From NCBI GenBank assembly GCA_000166095.1, contig CP002278.1:870001-902000 (forward strand): a DNA stretch of 32,000 bases, in the 5' to 3' direction. A program made the position numbers and the translations under genes. This document shows positions 25,590 through 32,000 of this stretch, in pieces; within the stretch, counting starts at the first letter, position 1, and each line of letters starts with the position of its first letter. The notes beneath the pieces are model-generated. The model worked only from the letters and a program-made list of their open reading frames with translations, had not been told where the DNA came from and searched no databases. The stretch is from Methanothermus fervidus DSM 2088. Lineage in GTDB: Archaea > Methanobacteriota > Methanobacteria > DSM-2088 > Methanothermaceae.

Positions 25590-26492
25590 TTAGAGTTTAT
25601 GTGCATATTCTTCGTTTGCTCGTTTTTTAAACCATTCTACAAAATTTGGAAATGAATCTTTCTTTATTATATCTTTCACGTCGAAAACATGAAGATACGC
25701 ATGTCTAGAAAAATATATTCCCAATCGTTTTATTTTATAATTTGATGGCATTCCATCAATGCCACCAATTTTGTAGAGAATATAGTAACCTATCAACTGA
25801 TTAAAATAATCTCTTCTTAATTCAAGGTTTTTTGTAGTTTTTATATCTATTATCGTATCATCTATCACAATATCACAATCTGCTCCCCCAACCAATTGAG
25901 ATGCTTCCCCAAATGTTGGATTCAATACACATATTTTCTTTGCCTTGAAATATTCTGGCTTCACTATCGATATTAAATTCTTTAAATCTTTTATGTCATT
26001 TTTATCGACACTGCCTAAATTTTTATCTACGACCCCAGCCCTATATATTAAATCCACCTGAGCCAATAACAATGCTGCTCTGTATAAATCAGAATTCATC
26101 TTCCCTGTTTTAATAAATTCATTATAAACCTTCTTTGAATACTCTATTATTTCTTCAACTTTATCATAAACATAAGGATCAAGTAATTCAGGATTTATAA
26201 TTGTATCAACGTCGTCAGAGAAAATTTCATCTTTTGTAAACATTGATAATAATTGTAATCTCTCTAATAATTGAAGAGATACTTCACTAACCCAAGGATG
26301 TTCAACAGCATCAGGATTCAATCGTTTTATATAAAAACGAAGTAGATAATCAAATGCCATGCCTACAAGACCATAATGGTTTGTTAGAGGAGGTGCCAAT
26401 AATTTTCTTTGGACTTTTAATCGTGGTTTTTTAAATTCTCGTTTAAAGGCCTGCCTCACATCTTTTATTTTAATGAAAGATGTTAGACTCAT
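25590..26492 (-). CDS. PD-(D/E)xK (RecB/Cas4-like fold) nuclease-family protein, orphan
   Basis: 300 aa, SD GGAG. Ordered motifs: GMAFDYLLR (45-52), GGADCDIVIDD (D205/D207), IDIK (D216-x-K218), QLIGY (Q232-x3-Y236). No Cas4-type Cys cluster. Confidence 0.6.
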   Translation of the reverse strand: MSLTSFIKIKDVRQAFKREFKKPRLKVQRKLLAPPLTNHYGLVGMAFDYLLRFYIKRLNPDAVEHPWVSEVSLQLLERLQLLSMFTKDEIFSDDVDTIINPELLDPYVYDKVEEIIEYSKKVYNEFIKTGKMNSDLYRAALLLAQVDLIYRAGVVDKNLGSVDKNDIKDLKNLISIVKPEYFKAKKICVLNPTFGEASQLVGGADCDIVIDDTIIDIKTTKNLELRRDYFNQLIGYYILYKIGGIDGMPSNYKIKRLGIYFSRHAYLHVFDVKDIIKKDSFPNFVEWFKKRANEEYAHKL

Positions 26493-26544
26493 AATTTAAA
26501 CTCCATAAATTTATTAATTAAATTTTATTTATTAATAACCATTA

Positions 26545-29500
26545 TTATAATTCTCCCTCTAACTCTGCATCTAAATTCATATATTTATTCTTTAGCTTCT
26601 TTATAGTTTTTTCATCACTTTTCCAATATCCTCTTTCATATGCTTCAAGAAATCTCTCCAACATTTTTTTAGTAGCATATTTATTGTTTTTTTCTAATTT
26701 TCTATACATCTTTTCATCAAAAATGAAAGTGTTAACAGCTTCATCCCATATCCAATTATCGACAGCATTAGTAGTTGCTGATAATCCTAGTAAATATTCA
26801 ACCCTGTCTGCTATTTTTTGAACACCGGAAAAACCATGTTTTAACATGGCATTTATCCATTTTGGATTGAGAGTTCTTGTTATTGAACCTCTTTTTATAG
26901 AATCATCAATTTTTTCTACTTTTGGAATTTCTTTCGTACTATCTGCTATAAGCATTTCTGGTTTTTTGCCATCTCTTAAAATCTCAACAGATTTTGACAA
27001 ACCACCAAAAAATTCATAGTAATGATCTAAATCTGTTATTTCATAATCATGAGAATCTCTTACTTGTGAAATAAGATCTACATTCTTTAATAATTTTTCA
27101 AAAACTTCTTGAGCCTTTTTTGAATAATGATTTTTTGTGTATGCATAACTCATAGAATGAATATATGCTTCCGCTAAATCATTTTCATTTTTCCAAGCAC
27201 TATCCTCAACAAGTTCTAATAATCTTGTATTGTATTCTGTTGATTGTGGCCCGAAAATTCTAGCTTTTGCTAAATTTCCATGTTCCTCAAGTTCAGTTAC
27301 ATGTTTTTTTACAAAATTTTCATTTTTTGATTCTGGAAGTTCTGCTACCATTCTAAATGCCTTGTCAAGAAGTTCCATAAGATTTGGAAACATCTCCCTA
27401 AAGAATCCACATATTGTAACGACAACATCTATCCTTGGTCTTTTAAGTTTCTCAATGGGTATTACTTTTAATTTTTTCTCCCAAGGTGTTTTGTGAATAA
27501 TTTTTACACCTAGATAATCTAATATTTGGGCAATGGTTTCACCTTGAGTCTTTGCGGTTTCAAAACCCCAAAGAACTACCCCAACAGTCTCTGGGTATTT
27601 TCCATGTTTTTTGAAATAATTTTCTATCGTAAGTTTTGCTATTCTTTTACCTCTTTCAATTGCTGCCTCAGTAGGTATTTTTTGTGGATCAAATTCATGA
27701 ATGTTTTTTCCCGTTGGTAGAACTTCTGGATTTCTTATTACATCTCCACCCACAGAAGGTTCTATATATGAGCCATTTAAACTTTTAATTAAATTTTTCA
27801 GTTCCAGGGAATTATCTACGAAATTTTTAACTCTTTTAACACAGTAATCTATAGTTTCCTTTATGTCTTTTGGTAATTTTTTGTTATTTAAATACTGTTT
27901 TACAAGCTTTTTAGCTTTTTTATCAATTTTTCTAAGTATGCGAGGATTATTAAGCACTTTTTCATATTTTAATCCCATTCTTTCAGCTATAAGTCTATGT
28001 AGTGATTTAACGCTGCCTCTATCATATCTAGCAATAGCTGTTATAAGTTCTATTAAATCTTTCTGCTTTAACTCGTATTTCTCTCCAACTACATGTAATC
28101 CTTTTGGAATTATCGAACGTCTATATTCATAAAGTTTTCTTTCCAATTGATTTAAATCTTCTCCCAAATGAAGTTTTTTTGCCAATTTTAATGCTTTTTC
28201 TTTTGCTATTTTTGCTCTAATTTTATCTTTACCTTTATCTTCTCTATATTCATCTAGTAAATCTTCTAATTTTGCATATTTACCATACGTTCCTGCAGTT
28301 GTATATGGTGGCGAATTGTAACTAATTAAAGTTCCATAAAGTCTTCTTTTAGCTATAGATGCTTCTGAAGTGTTAATAATATGATAAATATAAACATTTG
28401 GCATATTACCAATTAAAATATCAGGGAAACATTTTGAACTTAATCCTATTTCCTTACCTTTTGTAAATTCAGCAGTGCCATGAGTTCCAAGATGTATAAC
28501 ACAATCAGCTTTAAAAACGTTTTCTATCCATTTATAGAACGCTATATATTGGTGATGAGGTGGTTTTGTGTCATCATGAATTGCAGAATCTATATCTTCA
28601 TTACTTAATGGTGGCCTGGATGGTTGAACACCTATAAAAACATTTCCAAGAGTTACTCCAGGAATCAAAAATTTATTTTTATCAACTAAAATATCTCCAG
28701 GAGGAGGACCCCATGTGTTAATCACATCTTTCTTTACTTCATCTGGAAGTTTATTGAAATACTTTAAATATTCTTCAACATTTAGTTTTGGACATTCGTA
28801 AATTATTTCTGAATTGAAAAGCCTTCTTTTTATGAATAATTTTTCTAATTCTTTTCTGTTTTTTACTTCAACTTTGTAACCATTCTTTTTTAAAATTTTT
28901 AAAATTTTTCAAGACTGACAAAAGTGTCTAAATAGGCAGCATTTCCAAGATTTTCTTCTCCAGGAGGATAATTGTAAATAATTATAGCTATTTTCTTTTC
29001 TTCATTATTTTTCCTTTTAAGTTTTTAACCAGTTTTCAACCCTTTTTAACAAACTTATCAACTCTATCTTCTATTGGTACAATTTCATAATTTTTTACAC
29101 CGCATAGTGGGATTGATTCAACGCCCCCATCTGTTTCTGGCAATGTAACAGAAGTTATTGTTTGTAATGGTGATAAACCTCTCTTATTTTTTCTCCAATC
29201 TTTTATTTCCTGCATTAACATTAAAGATGGCGTAAAAAGTTTAGAGTCTATATTTTTTAAAAATTCTATTGTTGGTTTAGAATCACCGCCTAAAGGACCG
29301 CCATTCAATTTAAACCATAACAAACTTATTATTCCATCAAGCTGCTTATCTTTAAAATATTTTTTCATAGCTTCTAGGTTTCTAATTCCATCAGTATAAA
29401 CAGGAATTATATTACAATCCAATTTTTTACAATTTCTTCTAAAAGAGGTAGGGAAGTATCTCGATGCATTCCTCCATAATAAATTACTCCCACTGTAGGT

Positions 29501-30117
29501 TTATCTGGTGAAATTTTAATTTTATCACCATATACTGGATGATACAAACCAAATTCTGGATATTCTATTGGATCTTCAACCTCCACATCTAAACCCTTCA
29601 GCTTACAAATGTGAAGAAACATGTTCTTGTAATTATTATAGCCACCATTTGCCCAATATTTTAAAATTTTAATATAATTTCTAGTATCTTTTAACACTGT
29701 AATAGGTAAAAATTTTCCAAGGAACTCTATAATCTTCTGAATCCTTTTAATCCATTTCATCATGCTTTCAGGGTTACCATATGACATTGTACATTTATCA
29801 CTTTTCATTATTTTACTCATTTTAAATTTGCCTAATTTTGCAAGAGATAAAATAGATGGAGATCCACCTACTAAAGCAACAACGTCCTTATTTTTGTAAT
29901 TGAGTTCTGTAAGTGAAAGAGGATCACCCCTAACATCCATCAAAATTATATCTGCCCAATCAACATACTTTTGAAGTGTAGATTTTTTAGGAAGATCATG
30001 AGCAAAAATTAATTTAACATTTGTATAATCTGAGACATCTTTGATAGCTCTATGTAAATTCCTACTTACAACAGTGGATATCAATAAGATATTTGGTTTC
30101 ATTGCTTTTGCCTCCAT
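26545..30117 (-). pseudogene. cobN: CobN/BchH-family chelatase large subunit, interrupted by three -1 frameshifts
   Basis: Four collinear open segments (30117-29407, 29422-29036, about 29045-28902, 28908-26545) together encode about 1190 codons. They carry CobN hallmarks (IIIYNYPPGEENLGNAAYLD, WGPPPGD, GNVFIGVQPSRP, HLGTHGTAEF). Frame changes map to homopolymers at 29423-29428, 29040-29047 and 28905-28909. Confidence 0.85.
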
Positions 30118-30247
30118 ATATATATGTGATTTTTAGTTACTAAAATATTACTTAAAATATTTTTTTGTTTAGTCACTTTCTAGGCATTGCAAAGTTTTAA
30201 GCATGTGTTTGTGAAAATTTAAAGTATAGATTAATGGAGGAGAAAAA

Positions 30248-30580
30248 ATGGAAGAAAAATTACCATTTGCTAAAGCAGAAGTAGTAAGATTAATGAGAAA
30301 ATATTTAGATGACGATAAAATGATAAGAGAACGTGTAAAAATAGAGATGAATAAGTTTTTAGGTGAAATTGTGAAAAATATTTGCAAAGAACTGAATAAA
30401 TATCCTTACACAGTTGTAGAACATGACATGTTCAAAGAATGCGTATATCCCTACAGAAATTTAGATAGAATCAATGAAGAAAAAGAAAGAATGATAAAAC
30501 ATTTAGAAGCTATAAAATCTGATTGTGATGCATTGATATCTGAAATAAAACGAAGTTTTGATTTGACAAGTAAGCTATAA
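30248..30580 (+). CDS. Divergent histone-fold protein with about 45-aa C-terminal helical extension
   Basis: [71 protein letters not shown] aligns helix-for-helix with HMf[63 protein letters not shown]. The tail [32 protein letters not shown] looks like a coiled coil. Confidence 0.5.
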   Translation: MEEKLPFAKAEVVRLMRKYLDDDKMIRERVKIEMNKFLGEIVKNICKELNKYPYTVVEHDMFKECVYPYRNLDRINEEKERMIKHLEAIKSDCDALISEIKRSFDLTSKL

Positions 30581-31141
30581 TTCTATAAATCCTGTTTTAA
30601 GGTTTTTTATTTCTTCTTCTGTTAATTTTCGTTTAGAAACTTCTGGGTGATCGATAAAACTCTGACCTAAAGGATCCTCTAAAATCATTTTAACCTTTCT
30701 TTTACCATTTTTGACCTCTTTTAATTTTTTAGATATTTCTTTTATTTTTACTCTAGTTTTTTTGTCTTTAAATAATATCTTAGAACTTTCAATGACTTCT
30801 TCAAATCTATTTAATACACCTTCAATGTTAGATATATATCCTTGAGATTTTGGTCCAGGTTCAACCTTTAATCCTAATTCAGGTATTCTTATAGTTGCTG
30901 ATTGAGATTTCACAACCCTTGCATTAAGTGTTTCTAAATGTACATCAATTGAATATCTCATAGGTTCTTTTGATTCAAGACAAAGAATATCACTATCTCT
31001 GTATCCACAATTTTTACAAATAGATGCAAATTCCAAAACTTCTCCGAAATATGGTATTTTTTGTGTTGTAGTTATTACATTTAAGGATCTATTTTGGCAG
31101 AGAGGACAATTAGCTATCATTTTTTGTTGCAATTGCACCAC
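30575..31141 (-). CDS. ZPR1-type zinc-finger protein
   Basis: CPLCQN ... CKNCGY zinc ribbon followed by the ZPR1 beta-domain ([13 protein letters not shown]...[10 protein letters not shown]). The start is GTG 31141 or ATG 31120. Its stop overlaps the stop of the convergent histone-fold ORF (CTATAA). Confidence 0.72.
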   Translation of the reverse strand: MVQLQQKMIANCPLCQNRSLNVITTTQKIPYFGEVLEFASICKNCGYRDSDILCLESKEPMRYSIDVHLETLNARVVKSQSATIRIPELGLKVEPGPKSQGYISNIEGVLNRFEEVIESSKILFKDKKTRVKIKEISKKLKEVKNGKRKVKMILEDPLGQSFIDHPEVSKRKLTEEEIKNLKTGFIEL

Positions 31142-32000
31142 CTCTGTATAGTAACCCTTCCTTATCTAGTTCTTCCACAATTTTTTCCAATGTCTCTTCA
31201 TCTGGTGCACATATCTTATGAGTATGTATATTGTTTGACAATCTATAAATTCTTTCCAGGTCCTTCCTACGTTTTGGGTTTTCTTCCAATATTTTGATAA
31301 ATCTTTCTGCATCTTTTGGATCATAAATATCTACTTTACGTCTTAAAGGTTCTGAAAATCCTGGAATTGGGTATGATACATCGACAATACGGCCATCATA
31401 TTTCTCTATTACAATTTCAACAACTTTTTTTAAGTCCTCAACCGGATGTTGTAATACTATTCTTTTACAACATTGTTTTATAAAAGATAAAATACGTTTA
31501 ACTGTAGATTCTAATTCTTCGTTGTTAATAACAGGGACATTGTGTTCTTTTGCCTTTTCAACTAAATAATCATGTATAATGCGGTTTTCTCTAAAATATT
31601 CTAAGTGTTTGCCTCCCCTTTTTATCTCCATTGCTCTCTTTACAAATCTCTCCTTATGTGTTTTCTCATCTGCAGACAAAACAATGAAGTGAACAGAAGC
31701 ATCTTCCTTAAACTTTTCTATGTCTATCATTCCTGGTAATAAATGGACACCTTCAATAATTACATCGTCATGATCATCAATAGCTCTTCTAATAACCTTT
31801 TCTATAGCAGGTATTACAAAGGAAGCATGTTCCTCAAAACCTGCTCTTACCAATGATTCATGATCTTTAAATTTTTCTTTATATCTTAAAATTGTGTAGG
31901 CATCATATGATGATTTATGCAATGCTGGTGCATAATCGTCCCCTATAATACCTCTTACAATTTCTCTAATAAAATCAGTCTCTATTAAATGCTTAATTTC
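31110..32000 (-). CDS. 2-phosphoglycerate kinase (5' end beyond window)
   Basis: The frame is open to the window edge ([35 protein letters not shown]...), so the track start TTG 31922 is internal. TD-IRE...P-L--SSY and [11 protein letters not shown] resemble the 2PGK family (memory), the first enzyme of cyclic 2,3-diphosphoglycerate synthesis known from M. fervidus. Confidence 0.68.
   Translation of the reverse strand, partial: EIKHLIETDFIREIVRGIIGDDYAPALHKSSYDAYTILRYKEKFKDHESLVRAGFEEHASFVIPAIEKVIRRAIDDHDDVIIEGVHLLPGMIDIEKFKEDASVHFIVLSADEKTHKERFVKRAMEIKRGGKHLEYFRENRIIHDYLVEKAKEHNVPVINNEELESTVKRILSFIKQCCKRIVLQHPVEDLKKVVEIVIEKYDGRIVDVSYPIPGFSEPLRRKVDIYDPKDAERFIKILEENPKRRKDLERIYRLSNNIHTHKICAPDEETLEKIVEELDKEGLLYRGGAIATKNDS

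Noticed and set aside
1-32000. Scan for tRNA, rRNA, CRISPR arrays, IS elements, integrases and terminal inverted repeats flanking the 19.2-26.5 kb block or the 23.3-24.9 kb GC island
   Set aside because: I saw no GC-rich cloverleaf-like segments, no regularly spaced direct repeats, no transposase or integrase motifs, and no flanking direct repeats. Absence by eye is not proof; tRNAscan-SE, Infernal and CRISPR finders should confirm.

Overview
This is an AT-rich archaeal chromosome segment, densely coded on both strands (hand-counted 60-nt lines in housekeeping genes give about 22-32% G+C). ORF 3134-3343 reads, as far as I can recall, identically to histone HMfA of Methanothermus fervidus. Pseudomurein-binding repeats (11368-12255), a 2-phosphoglycerate kinase (31110 to beyond 32000), CbiG/CobN, Hef, RadB and ABCE1 fit the same picture, so the source is probably M. 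fervidus or a very close Methanobacteriales relative. Regions 1-19.2 kb and 30.1-32 kb hold housekeeping genes: mreB-like, rnhB, two radical SAM enzymes, hmfA, ABCE1, an aminotransferase, radB, a GMC-type flavoprotein, an ATP-grasp ligase, cbiG, a class II aldolase, hef, ZPR1 and 2PGK. Region 19.2-26.5 kb is an accessory block with a cell-envelope theme. It holds an 824-aa adhesin-like protein ending in an LPXTG-type (IPVTG) sorting signal, a Pro-rich membrane protein, and a compositionally foreign two-gene cassette (secreted C39-type cysteine peptidase plus a SpoIIM/DUF95-like membrane protein). It also holds a membrane-anchored zinc-ribbon protein and an orphan PD-(D/E)xK nuclease, and it is followed by a CobN-family gene broken by three homopolymer frameshifts. 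Items most worth follow-up: (1) a complete box C/D sRNA architecture at 5193-5240 (minus strand) whose 12-nt guide mimics a Shine-Dalgarno sequence; (2) the C39/SpoIIM-like GC island and the cationic Trp-rich tail of the peptidase; (3) the sortase-type sorting signal in a pseudomurein organism; (4) a divergent histone-fold protein with a C-terminal extension; (5) the cobN decay pattern; (6) a 39-nt perfect inverted copy of the adhesin signal-peptide coding sequence 11 kb away. I recognised no tRNA, rRNA, CRISPR array, transposase or integrase. All family assignments come from motif reading and memory, not from database searches.
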